Below, piece after piece: positions 1 to 8,673 of a DNA stretch of 64,000 nt. The notes below the pieces were generated by a model, which searched no databases, had not been told where the DNA came from, and saw only the letters and a list, made by a program, of their open reading frames with translations. The stretch's first letter is position 1, and each line of letters starts with the position of its first letter. This DNA comes from a virus, in IMG/VR virus record IMGVR_UViG_3300028393_001967. One strand, written 5' to 3'. The position numbers were made by a program, and so were the translations under genes.

Positions 1-1
1 C

Positions 2-850
2 AGCATGGAATCCGCTGGCATCGGCGGAGCCGCCCACCTTGTCAACTTCATGGGCACTGATACTATCACTGGCATTTTGTATGCTCGTGAGTATTACGGC
101 GCTGAAATCGCTGGATTTAGTATCCCTGCCGCAGAGCACAGCACTGTCACAAGTTGGGGTCGTCCAGACGAAGTAAAAGCCTATAGCAATATGGTTCAAC
201 AATTTGGCAAGCCTGGTGCATTGTTGGCAGTGGTGTCGGACAGTTACGACATTTACCAAGCCTGCCGCTTGTGGGGCACTGAGTTGAAACAACAGGTAAT
301 TGACAGCGGTGCTACTGTCGTTATTCGTCCTGACAGTGGCGATCCTGTTGAAGTACTGCCAAAGATGTTTCAAATCCTAGGCGAAACATTTGGATATACC
401 ACAAACGCCAAAGGCTACAAAGTACTGAACAATGTTCGTGTACTTTGGGGTGACGGTATCAACCAGTTGAGCATTCGCAGTATTCTTACAAAGATTGTTG
501 ACTTTGGTGGCTGGAGTGCAGACAACATTGCTTTTGGTATGGGTGGTGCATTGCTACAGCAATTGGATCGTGATACACAAAAGTTTGCGATGAAATGTAG
601 CGCGGCACTGATTAAAGGTGAATGGGTTGATGTGTTCAAAGACCCCGTTACTGACAAGGTCAAAGCGTCCAAGAAAGGTCGTGTAACTTTGTGGACCAGC
701 GGTGGTGAATTCCAAACCAGTGTTGAACAACCAAAAGGTTGGACAGATCGGGGCACTGTATGGACTGAAGCATTGGGAGAAGTTTACCGTGATGGTCGAC
801 TGATCAAAGAAATTACCTTTGACGAAGTTCGAGCAAATAGTATGAAGTAA
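2..850 (+). CDS. nadV: Nicotinamide phosphoribosyltransferase (NAMPT), 5'-truncated by window
   Basis: Motifs HLVNFMGTDT, SIPAAEHS, VSDSYD, VIRPDSGDP, GDGIN, FGMGGALLQ, KFAMKCS, SKKGR; frame open from window start. Confidence 0.95.
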   Translation, partial: SMESAGIGGAAHLVNFMGTDTITGILYAREYYGAEIAGFSIPAAEHSTVTSWGRPDEVKAYSNMVQQFGKPGALLAVVSDSYDIYQACRLWGTELKQQVIDSGATVVIRPDSGDPVEVLPKMFQILGETFGYTTNAKGYKVLNNVRVLWGDGINQLSIRSILTKIVDFGGWSADNIAFGMGGALLQQLDRDTQKFAMKCSAALIKGEWVDVFKDPVTDKVKASKKGRVTLWTSGGEFQTSVEQPKGWTDRGTVWTEALGEVYRDGRLIKEITFDEVRANSMK

Positions 851-855
851 ACTAT

Positions 856-884
856 ACAAGGGACTAGACAGTCCCTTGTTTTTA
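856..884 (+). terminator. Intrinsic terminator after nadV, overlapping next promoter
   Basis: ACAAGGGACT-AGAC-AGTCCCTTGT followed by T-run. Confidence 0.8.
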
Positions 885-893
885 ACGTATAAT
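865..893 (+). promoter_or_regulatory. sigma70-type promoter
   Basis: TAGACA-N17-TATAAT. Confidence 0.7.
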
Positions 894-927
894 TTTATAT
901 ATCAACAACACACATAGAAAGTCACAG

Positions 928-2007
928 ATGCCATATTTTCTAAAAAGCGGTAATACATTCCGAGTATCTTCGAAAGAAGCGTTGGATCTTCATGATCAAC
1001 TACCTGCTGGTAACTATACCATCAAAGCAGATATGCAGGGAAATTTGTTCCTTGAAACTATTGATTCTTTTGAAATCAAAGGCAAGCGTTACGGCGACTT
1101 GAATAGTAACTGTGACCGCATCATCAATACTTTTATGAGCCGTAGTGCAAGTACTGGCGTGATGCTTACTGGCGAGAAAGGTTCTGGTAAGAGCCTACTG
1201 GCCAAGGCATTGAGTATTCAAACTGCTACACAAGGTATTCCAACCATTGTTATCAATCAGCCTTGGACTGGTGACAAGTTCAATCAACTTATTCAAAACA
1301 TCGAACAACCTTGTATGGTATTGTTTGATGAGTTTGAAAAAGTCTATGACACCAATGATCAAGAAGCAATGCTGACCCTGCTGGATGGCGTATTCCCCAG
1401 CAAGAAATTGTTTGTTATTACCTGTAACGACAAATGGCGTGTTGATAGCCATATGCGTAATCGTCCAGGTCGCATCTTCTATATGTTGGACTACAAAGGT
1501 CTGACACAGGACTTTATCATTGAATACTGCGAAGATAACTTGAATGACAAGAGCCACATTCAGCGCATCTGTTCTATCACAAGTCTGTTCAGTCAATTCA
1601 ACTTTGATATGTTGAAGGCCTTGGTTGAAGAAATGAATCGCTACAATGAGCCTCCAGAAGCGGCCCTGCGTATGCTTAACGTCAAGCCAGAGTTTGACAG
1701 TGGTAACAAGTACGATGTTTCGCTGACTGTCAAAGGTGTGCTGGTAGAGAACGACAACATTGATAACAAACAATGGAAAGGCAATCCACTACAGGCCGAT
1801 GTTGATATCACTTTCAAAGTGATCACTCCAGCAGTGAGCCCAGATGAGGATGATTACTACGAGTGGGAACAGGCTGAGTTCAAGCCCAGTGATCTGCAAA
1901 AGATTGATCCACAAAAAGGTACATTCATCTTTATGAACAAAGATGGTGAAGCGTTGACATTGGTTAAGGTGCAAGAAAAACATCACTACTATATGGATGC
2001 TTTTTAA
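928..2007 (+). CDS. AAA+ ATPase
   Basis: Walker A GEKGSGKS, Walker B VLFDEFEK, NRPGR arginine finger. Confidence 0.85.
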   Translation: MPYFLKSGNTFRVSSKEALDLHDQLPAGNYTIKADMQGNLFLETIDSFEIKGKRYGDLNSNCDRIINTFMSRSASTGVMLTGEKGSGKSLLAKALSIQTATQGIPTIVINQPWTGDKFNQLIQNIEQPCMVLFDEFEKVYDTNDQEAMLTLLDGVFPSKKLFVITCNDKWRVDSHMRNRPGRIFYMLDYKGLTQDFIIEYCEDNLNDKSHIQRICSITSLFSQFNFDMLKALVEEMNRYNEPPEAALRMLNVKPEFDSGNKYDVSLTVKGVLVENDNIDNKQWKGNPLQADVDITFKVITPAVSPDEDDYYEWEQAEFKPSDLQKIDPQKGTFIFMNKDGEALTLVKVQEKHHYYMDAF

Positions 2008-2009
2008 TA

Positions 2010-2128
2010 GAACAGCGAGCAACCCACAAATCTCAGTATGAGTCGCAAGGTACCGCGGTAAATCCTTGGGCAAGTAATAGTACAACTCTTAGTGGTGACA
2101 CTCCGGAACAGACGGAGCGTAGATTAAA
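2010..2128 (+). ncRNA. Candidate structured RNA (unassigned)
   Basis: Non-coding, GC-richer than flanks; hairpins CTCA/TGAG, CAAGG..TACC/GGTA..CCTTG, CTCCG/CGGAG. Confidence 0.3.
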
Positions 2129-2135
2129 ATATCTC

Positions 2136-2164
2136 TTGACTGGAGAGGCAATTTTTGTTATAAT
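2136..2164 (+). promoter_or_regulatory. sigma70-type promoter
   Basis: TTGACT-N17-TATAAT. Confidence 0.85.
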
Positions 2165-2170
2165 ACACTT

Positions 2171-2452
2171 ATGAAAATTGTTAAACTTAATCGCAGATAC
2201 ACAGCATACAAGAGTGGTTTTACCCACGCCTTACGTTTCACTACCTGGGGCAAAAGTGCTGGTGAAATTGAACAGTTTTTAACAAAACGTTACGGGCATC
2301 AATATTCATGGCAACGAGAGCGAGGCCAGTGGAGTTCAAATTTTGGATCTCCACCACGTGGTGAAACTGTACGACCATATTGGATCAACCTCAAGAATGA
2401 AGCGGATATTTCAATGATTCTTTTGAGCGGAAATTATAAGGTCAACCGTTGA
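2171..2452 (+). CDS. Hypothetical protein
   Basis: ORF directly behind promoter. Confidence 0.7.
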   Translation: MKIVKLNRRYTAYKSGFTHALRFTTWGKSAGEIEQFLTKRYGHQYSWQRERGQWSSNFGSPPRGETVRPYWINLKNEADISMILLSGNYKVNR

Positions 2453-2477
2453 CAACAGTTTTATTTCTTGTTATAAT
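2449..2477 (+). promoter_or_regulatory. sigma70-type promoter
   Basis: TTGACA-N17-TATAAT. Confidence 0.9.
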
Positions 2478-2509
2478 ACACACATACTAAACAACTTAGG
2501 AGTTTTTAA

Positions 2510-3382
2510 ATGGCAAAAGCAAACACTAAACCGTCAGCAGTTTCTAACATTCTCGAGTTTGATACAGAAGCTATCAAAGCTCGTGAAGCAGAAGTTGCAC
2601 AGGAAACAGATGAACAAATTATGGATCGTCTGCGTGAACGGTTTGAGATCTTGGACAGTATGACACGTGCCGTGAAAGAAGGCAATGTTCGTGCTATGAT
2701 TGTTAGTGGCCCTCCAGGCGTTGGTAAGTCGTTTGGTGTTGAAACTGTGCTGGAAAAAGCAGACTTGTTTAATAAGTTGGCTGAAAAGAAACCCAAGTAC
2801 GAAGTTGTTAAAGGTGCAATGAGTGCAATTGGTCTGTATGCTAAACTGTACGAATTCAGCGCACACGGTAACGTGGTCGTGTTTGATGACTGTGACAGCA
2901 TTTTGCAAGAAGACCTTAGTTTGAATATTTTGAAAGGTGCATTGGACTCTAGTTCACGTCGCTTTATTAGTTGGAATACTGACAGCCGTATTTTGCGTAG
3001 CGAAGGTATTCCAGATCGCTTTGAGTTTAAAGGTGCGGCAATTTTCATTACCAACATTAAGTTTGAACACGTTCGCTCCAAGAAACTACGTGACCACTTG
3101 GACGCACTTGAGTCACGTTGCCACTACATTGATTTGCAGATGGATACTACCCGTGAAAAGATCCTGCGTATCAAACAAATTATCTCCGATGGTATGTTGG
3201 AAAAATATGATTTTGATAACATCGACATTGTGCGTGATGAACTGGTTGATTTCATTGTAACTAACCAAACTAAATTGCGTGAACTTAGTTTGCGTATGGT
3301 TCTTAAGTTGGCAGATTTGCGTAAGAGCTTTCCCAGCAATTGGCAGGCAATGGCCCGTACAACTTGTATGAAACGAGGCTAA
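2510..3382 (+). CDS. P-loop ATPase (phage AAA-like)
   Basis: GPPGVGKS, VVFDDCD; AGGAG RBS. Confidence 0.85.
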   Translation: MAKANTKPSAVSNILEFDTEAIKAREAEVAQETDEQIMDRLRERFEILDSMTRAVKEGNVRAMIVSGPPGVGKSFGVETVLEKADLFNKLAEKKPKYEVVKGAMSAIGLYAKLYEFSAHGNVVVFDDCDSILQEDLSLNILKGALDSSSRRFISWNTDSRILRSEGIPDRFEFKGAAIFITNIKFEHVRSKKLRDHLDALESRCHYIDLQMDTTREKILRIKQIISDGMLEKYDFDNIDIVRDELVDFIVTNQTKLRELSLRMVLKLADLRKSFPSNWQAMARTTCMKRG

Positions 3383-3383
3383 T

Positions 3384-3692
3384 ATGTGGGACTTACTAAC
3401 TGGTCGAACAATGCAAAGACTGGTGGTACTTTCCACTATCTTTTGGATATTGACTACCTTAGATTTGCATTGGGACGATACTCGCTGGTGGGCAGTATTT
3501 GTACTACTGTTAGTATTTGAATACATTTCAGGTGTGGAAGGCGAAATGCGTGGTACTAACAATATGCTCAGTATGTCACGTGATAAATTGATAAGTCTTA
3601 AAGACTTTATGGATTCCGTGGGTGCAGGCAATGTTCATTCTATCGATGAACTTAATAAAATTTTAAAGAAAGATGATACCGAAAATGAATGA
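3384..3692 (+). CDS. Hypothetical membrane protein
   Basis: Two hydrophobic segments; operon packing. Confidence 0.7.
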   Translation: MWDLLTGRTMQRLVVLSTIFWILTTLDLHWDDTRWWAVFVLLLVFEYISGVEGEMRGTNNMLSMSRDKLISLKDFMDSVGAGNVHSIDELNKILKKDDTENE

Positions 3693-3933
3693 TACTGAAA
3701 TTACCCAATGCACTTGGCTTGGCAATAGTACTAAAATGGCCTCGGCCTGTTGCAAGCCAACAGTTGAAGGTCGTAGTTATTGTGAAGAACACGTTTGGCT
3801 TGTTTATCAACAAGGTACTGCTGTTCGTAAACGCAAGAAGGATATCGAACGTGCAGAAGCATATTGGGATATTGAAAGTGAATTCAATGATGCCGTAAAT
3901 GAATTAGTTGCATCTGGTGAGATTGAACTATGA
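3685..3933 (+). CDS. Small Cys/His protein resembling GcrA C-terminal domain
   Basis: CTW..G...CC......SYCEEH...VYQ pattern. Confidence 0.45.
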   Translation: MNDTEITQCTWLGNSTKMASACCKPTVEGRSYCEEHVWLVYQQGTAVRKRKKDIERAEAYWDIESEFNDAVNELVASGEIEL

Positions 3934-4169
3934 ACGAACGAATTCGACAACTTGCTCTACAGGCTGGATTCAACCCGCCTAATAATTTAGTTGAAGGTCA
4001 AAATGGTCCGGGTGTTGTAACAGAAAAAGATAAGTTGGCAAAGTTCGCCGAGTTGATTGTCAGGGAATGTGCCCGTGTATGTTTATCTCAGCGTGATCCT
4101 GCCAATCTTAACTACAAACCCAGTGAACGATTCGCAGAAGCAGTGAAACAACATTTTGGAGTACAGTAA
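3930..4169 (+). CDS. Hypothetical protein, MNERI...KFAELIV...KQHFG paralog family
   Basis: Shares motifs with 11931, 21750 and 4169 ORFs. Confidence 0.75.
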   Translation: MNERIRQLALQAGFNPPNNLVEGQNGPGVVTEKDKLAKFAELIVRECARVCLSQRDPANLNYKPSERFAEAVKQHFGVQ

Positions 4170-4330
4170 TGAAACTATCGGTTGTGGTTGAGCAAGATGG
4201 AAAAAGTAAAACAATCTGCACTTGGGAACACGAACATTGTGTTCTAACAGGCGAGGTTAAAGATGTTACTGAAGAAGTATTAACAGAGATTAACCGTAGA
4301 ATTAAAGAACATTTTGGAGTTGAAGAATGA
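4169..4330 (+). CDS. Hypothetical 53-aa protein ending IKEHFGVEE (not in ORF track)
   Basis: Translated by hand; TAATG coupling to upstream gene. Confidence 0.65.
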   Translation: MKLSVVVEQDGKSKTICTWEHEHCVLTGEVKDVTEEVLTEINRRIKEHFGVEE

Positions 4331-4351
4331 AACAAATTAAGGATTTAGAAA

Positions 4352-4816
4352 ATGCCTAAGTGTTATCAATTGATTGGTGTGCCAGGTGCAGGTAAAAGCA
4401 CTTGGGTTGCTAATCAAGAATGGGCTAAAGATTGTGCATACATTTCTACTGACCATCACGTGGAACGACAAGCTGAACTTGAAGGTAAGACCTATAACGA
4501 AGTGTTCAAAGACTTTATGCCCATTGCTGTAAAGTTGATGGCAGACGATGTTGTCAAGGCCCGTGAAGCAGGCAAGGATATCATCTGGGACCAAACTAGC
4601 ACTAGCATTGCTAGTCGTACTCGCAAGTTTAATATGTTGCCTGACTATGAACATATTGCAGTGGTGTTTAAAACACCTGATGAAGAAGAATTGAATCGTC
4701 GTTTGGCAAGCCGCCCGGGTAAGAATATCCCCAAGCACGTTATGCAATCAATGATTGCAGGTTGGGACGAACCTGAATTAGATGAAGGCTTCAAAGAAAT
4801 TTGGTATGCATCATGA
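4352..4816 (+). CDS. Polynucleotide-kinase-like P-loop kinase (AAA_33)
   Basis: GVPGAGKST, STD, IIWDQT, lid RLASR. Confidence 0.75.
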   Translation: MPKCYQLIGVPGAGKSTWVANQEWAKDCAYISTDHHVERQAELEGKTYNEVFKDFMPIAVKLMADDVVKAREAGKDIIWDQTSTSIASRTRKFNMLPDYEHIAVVFKTPDEEELNRRLASRPGKNIPKHVMQSMIAGWDEPELDEGFKEIWYAS

Positions 4817-4962
4817 TTCGGTATATTACCAATTATGATGAATCAGTAAATCTTCCCTACGAACCAGGCTTGTTGGAATGGTTGGTGGTACAATATCCAT
4901 ATTCAAAATATCATATTGTAGAAGTAAAGTTTGAAACTGACTCAAGGGAAACTGCTGTATGA
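4813..4962 (+). CDS. Hypothetical 49-aa protein (not in ORF track)
   Basis: ATGA overlaps at both ends. Confidence 0.6.
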   Translation: MIRYITNYDESVNLPYEPGLLEWLVVQYPYSKYHIVEVKFETDSRETAV

Positions 4963-5228
4963 GCACTGCTAAAACTGTAAAAGCACCAATTGAACATAAG
5001 GACAAATTGGGCCGTATTATCAAGGTTGGTGATGCTGTTTGCTATCCTTACCACAATAATTTGGAGTTTGGTACCATTAAAAAACTTAATAACAAAATGG
5101 TTAAAGTTTGGGAAGTTGGTGCTCACAGTAAATGGTATACTGGTGCCAACAAATATCCACAAGATGTGGTCATTGTAGAAGGTCCTGAAGTAACTCTTTA
5201 CTTGCTTAAAATGAATATGAAGTCTTGA
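4959..5228 (+). CDS. Hypothetical protein (KOW/SH3-like)
   Basis: DKLGRIIKVGDAV pattern. Confidence 0.65.
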   Translation: MSTAKTVKAPIEHKDKLGRIIKVGDAVCYPYHNNLEFGTIKKLNNKMVKVWEVGAHSKWYTGANKYPQDVVIVEGPEVTLYLLKMNMKS

Positions 5229-5253
5229 CATTTGTTCAAGATTACTGTATAAT
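5225..5253 (+). promoter_or_regulatory. sigma70-type promoter
   Basis: TTGACA-N17-TATAAT. Confidence 0.9.
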
Positions 5254-5281
5254 TAGTTTATCTTAACTTAATGAGGTTTTT

Positions 5282-5983
5282 ATGAAAAAGTTTCTTGCAG
5301 TATTGGCAATTAGTTTGGCTTTTGCCTGTGCAGTCGATGCCAAGCCAGGTGGAGGAGGTGGAGGAGGTGGCCACGCTAGTTCAGGCGGTGGACATAGTTC
5401 AGTTAGTTCAGGCGGATCTAAAGGTAGTTTCAGTGCTCCTTCAGCCGCGCCCCGGCCAGTTGCGCCACCTACTGCCAATAAAGGCAGTTTTAGTGCGCCC
5501 CCTGCCGCTGCTCCAAGGCAGACTACTACAACTACATCAACTACCACAATGACACGTAGGACTACTGGCGGTGGTTATGCAGGTGCACCTATGATGTACG
5601 GCGGTATGGGTATGGGGTTTGGCTACAGTAACGGACTATTGACTGGTTTGATTATTGGTAATATGATGCATCCTCATAACACTGTTGTTTATTCAGGTGG
5701 TGGTTATAATGGTAATGCATTGCTTTACCCAGATGGTCGAGTAGTTAACCAGCAAGGTTATCAAGTTGGCACATACCAAAATGGACAATTTGTTCCTATG
5801 CAAAATGGTGCTATGGTAGCACAGGCTGCTCCTGCAGATGCTTTGCAGTATCAAAGTTCACAACCCGCTCAACAAGTTGTCTATGTTGAAAAACCTGGTC
5901 CTAGTGTTGGCGAAATCGTGCTTATGATTTTCCTTGGTATTGGTTGTGTTTTGCTGTTTATTTTTATTATTGGAGTTCTATAA
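5282..5983 (+). CDS. Gly/Ser/Pro-rich exported protein with C-terminal membrane anchor
   Basis: Signal peptide, low-complexity linker, C-terminal hydrophobic helix. Confidence 0.75.
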   Translation: MKKFLAVLAISLAFACAVDAKPGGGGGGGGHASSGGGHSSVSSGGSKGSFSAPSAAPRPVAPPTANKGSFSAPPAAAPRQTTTTTSTTTMTRRTTGGGYAGAPMMYGGMGMGFGYSNGLLTGLIIGNMMHPHNTVVYSGGGYNGNALLYPDGRVVNQQGYQVGTYQNGQFVPMQNGAMVAQAAPADALQYQSSQPAQQVVYVEKPGPSVGEIVLMIFLGIGCVLLFIFIIGVL

Positions 5984-6298
5984 ATGAGTTTTCTTATTGT
6001 TTTGTTTTTCTTATTGTTTTTTGTGGCTATTATTGTGGCCGTTATTCGAAGGAGTGAGCCTGTGATGTATAATGATTTTGACGATGAAGAAGTAACGCAT
6101 ACTACCGTTACAACTACTACCACAACTACTGAGCAACCTGCTCCGTTGGTTGCCACAGTTGGTGTTATTAATTCTTATCAAAAGTCGGGTAGTGCACAAT
6201 GGTATGTAATTGATCCAGTGGACAAAGAAGAAACCGCCGTGGATGCTAACGACGACTATTACCGTGATGCTGGTGGAAAGATTTGGGATTTGCAGTAA
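5984..6298 (+). CDS. Hypothetical membrane-anchored protein
   Basis: N-terminal TM, Thr-rich linker. Confidence 0.7.
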   Translation: MSFLIVLFFLLFFVAIIVAVIRRSEPVMYNDFDDEEVTHTTVTTTTTTTEQPAPLVATVGVINSYQKSGSAQWYVIDPVDKEETAVDANDDYYRDAGGKIWDLQ

Positions 6299-6858
6299 TG
6301 CCGTGGATACAAAATGTTGCACTGAGCGACATTAAACGAGGGTTACATATTAACCCAGGTGAGAACTCTATGTTGATCCAGATATGCGATCCAGATATGG
6401 AATATCCCGCCCCCTTGTATACCTTTAAGGAAGTCCATCAATTTAAATTTTTGGACATTGAAGAAAATGACAAATGCTTGGATGAGTCAATGCGATGCAG
6501 TCACAAACAGGCTGCTGAGTTGGCTCAACTGTTGCAACACGCATTGGCTAACCATATGAACGTTATCGTTCATTGCCACGCAGGTGTTTGTCGTAGTGGT
6601 GCAGTTTGTGAAGTTGGTGTTATGATGGGCTTTGATGACACTGAAGTTTTCCGTAGCCCTAACCTGTGTGTCAAACATCGTATGATGAAGCACTTGGGTT
6701 GGACCTATGATGAGAATGAGCCCCACACTATCAACGGTGTAACAACTGAGTTTGGGATCATTCTCCCTAAGGAAATCGACTGGGCCAATGATAATGAAAA
6801 AGTTTTCACATTGGCCAAAGAAAGAAAAGCTCGTAGAGAACGAGAAGGCGATATCTAA
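6298..6858 (+). CDS. Cys-based (PTP/dual-specificity-like) phosphatase
   Basis: HCHAGVCRS = HCxxGxxRS; FLD acid loop; TAATG-coupled start. Confidence 0.85.
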   Translation: MPWIQNVALSDIKRGLHINPGENSMLIQICDPDMEYPAPLYTFKEVHQFKFLDIEENDKCLDESMRCSHKQAAELAQLLQHALANHMNVIVHCHAGVCRSGAVCEVGVMMGFDDTEVFRSPNLCVKHRMMKHLGWTYDENEPHTINGVTTEFGIILPKEIDWANDNEKVFTLAKERKARREREGDI

Positions 6859-7742
6859 TGAGTATCTCATTGATGAGTGTTAGCAATATCAATCACGAGC
6901 TTACAGAGTTTTCTATCAATAAAAGCTGTGAGGCAAAGAAGTTTGATGAAGTGTTGGTATTTTCAGATCGGGTCCTGCCCAATTTGAAGTATCAACACAC
7001 CTATCACGATATTGCAACTTCCATCGCACCGTATGATACGACTACGATGAAGCCAGTACCGCTAACATTGGATATATACTGTGACTTCTTGTTTAAGCAT
7101 ATGGGCCCATATATCAACACTGAACACGTGATCAGTATTCAGTATGATGGGTTTTGCGTCAATCAAGATGAATGGACTGACGAGTTCTTGGATTATGACT
7201 ACATTGGATCTCCTACTCATAAAAAGTGGTATCCATTGGCCAATAGTTTGATACAACACGAAGTCTATGATAGTTCGCCCAATGGATGGTACAATGGTGG
7301 TGGTGGCTGTAGTCTGCGTAGTAAGAAACTTATTACTGCACTACAGGATCCTGAGATCAGTGTATTCATTTCAGATAAGAATTATCAACGTTGTGAAGAT
7401 TGGAGTATCTCTGTTCGATACAGGGAGTATTTGGAAAAAGCACACGGTATTAAATTTGCCCCGCTTGATCTGTCATTGAAGTTTAGTACTGAATTACTTA
7501 CAGGATTGAACTTTAGTTTTGGATTTCACGGTTGGGAAAACATACCCTTGTTTTTTACAGAAGAAGAATGTATTTGGTATATTGAGAATTTACAAAAAGA
7601 AAATCTCAAACGTGGTCATTATATGACACGCAGATTTGCGGCAATGTGTTGGATCCAAAACTATCACCAAGCGTTGGCACATTTAGATCACGTATTAAAT
7701 GAAATAGATCAAAATATTAGGAATAATAATTATTCAAGATGA
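6858..7742 (+). CDS. DUF5672-like putative glycosyltransferase
   Basis: IQYDGF, YDYIGSP, NGGGGCSLRSKKL, ED, FGFHG. Confidence 0.7.
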   Translation: MSISLMSVSNINHELTEFSINKSCEAKKFDEVLVFSDRVLPNLKYQHTYHDIATSIAPYDTTTMKPVPLTLDIYCDFLFKHMGPYINTEHVISIQYDGFCVNQDEWTDEFLDYDYIGSPTHKKWYPLANSLIQHEVYDSSPNGWYNGGGGCSLRSKKLITALQDPEISVFISDKNYQRCEDWSISVRYREYLEKAHGIKFAPLDLSLKFSTELLTGLNFSFGFHGWENIPLFFTEEECIWYIENLQKENLKRGHYMTRRFAAMCWIQNYHQALAHLDHVLNEIDQNIRNNNYSR

Positions 7743-7751
7743 AAGTAATAA

Positions 7752-8003
7752 ATGTTTGAAGTGATTGGTAAAGAAGAAACATTCAAAGTTTTAACACTGA
7801 CTGAGGCGATGAATCTTGCCAAGCACATGAATGAGTTTGTGACTATCAAAGGTCAAGACTTTGAAATTGTAGGTATGTTTGGTGTAGACAGTATTCGTGA
7901 TGGTGTTTGTCCAGATGGTGTTAAATACGATTGGAACAAAACCAGCCGAATAGGCGCATCAAAAAGAAATGAAAGGGTAATTGAAAATGAAGAAGATTAT
8001 TGA
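7752..8003 (+). CDS. Hypothetical protein
   Basis: ORF, operon packing. Confidence 0.7.
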   Translation: MFEVIGKEETFKVLTLTEAMNLAKHMNEFVTIKGQDFEIVGMFGVDSIRDGVCPDGVKYDWNKTSRIGASKRNERVIENEEDY

Positions 8004-8661
8004 GATTAGAGCTGCCGAAGGTGGCGAAGATAGTAAACTGTTTGTACGAGATCTGGCACAAGCCTATATCAAGTTTGCACAAAGCCGGGGCTGAACTACC
8101 CGCCTGATAGGTGAGTACCAAGGCGAACTTCATTTAGAAGTACAGGGCACTGACCTATCCGGCTTAAAGAATGAACCTGGAGGACATCGCATACAGCGTG
8201 TTCCACCCACCGAAAGGAAAGGACGTGTTCATACCAGCACAGTGACCGTGGCCATCATAGATGACACTGATCGTCCAAGAGTTGTGGCTATACCAGAAAC
8301 TGATTTAAAAATCGAGTGGTACAGCGGCACTGGTGCTGGAGGTCAGCACCGTAACAAGCACCAAAATTCCTGCCGAATAACTCATATTCCCACTGGAGAA
8401 GTGGCCACTGCACAGTGCCGTAGTCGTCAAAACAGTTTGGATCAAGCTAGGACAGATATACAGCAAAGAGTTGACAAACTGACTAAAACCAGTTATAATA
8501 CACACATAGCAAGTGATAGGCGGCAACAGGTTGGGTCGGGTATGCGTGGTGATAAAATTCGTACTTACCGTTTCCAAGATGATGTTGTCAAGGATCACTT
8601 AACAGATCGTACAGCCAGTGTTAAAAAGGTATTGGCTGGTAATTTTGATTTACTTTGGTAA
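7987..8661 (+). CDS. RF1-like peptide chain release factor lacking domain 1, with in-frame TGA at 8092-8094 (readthrough or pseudogene)
   Basis: MKKIIEIRAAEGGEDSKLF...AQSRG*TTRLIG...NEPGGHRIQRVPPTERKGRVHTSTVTVA...GAGGQHRNK...RITHIPTG...KIRTYRF...VKDH; single frame, 224 codons. Confidence 0.9.
8471..8499 (+). promoter_or_regulatory. Consensus sigma70 promoter inside the release-factor gene
   Basis: TTGACA-N17-TATAAT followed by ACACACATA as at 2449. Confidence 0.8.
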
Positions 8662-8673
8662 AAGGAGTTTAAA

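Noticed and set aside
8086-8118. prfB-type +1 frameshift or selenocysteine insertion at the RF UGA
   Set aside because: No CTT-TGA slip site, both shifted frames stop quickly, and homology continues in frame 0. The position is Trp-equivalent, not Cys, and the hairpin loop is closer than typical bacterial SECIS.
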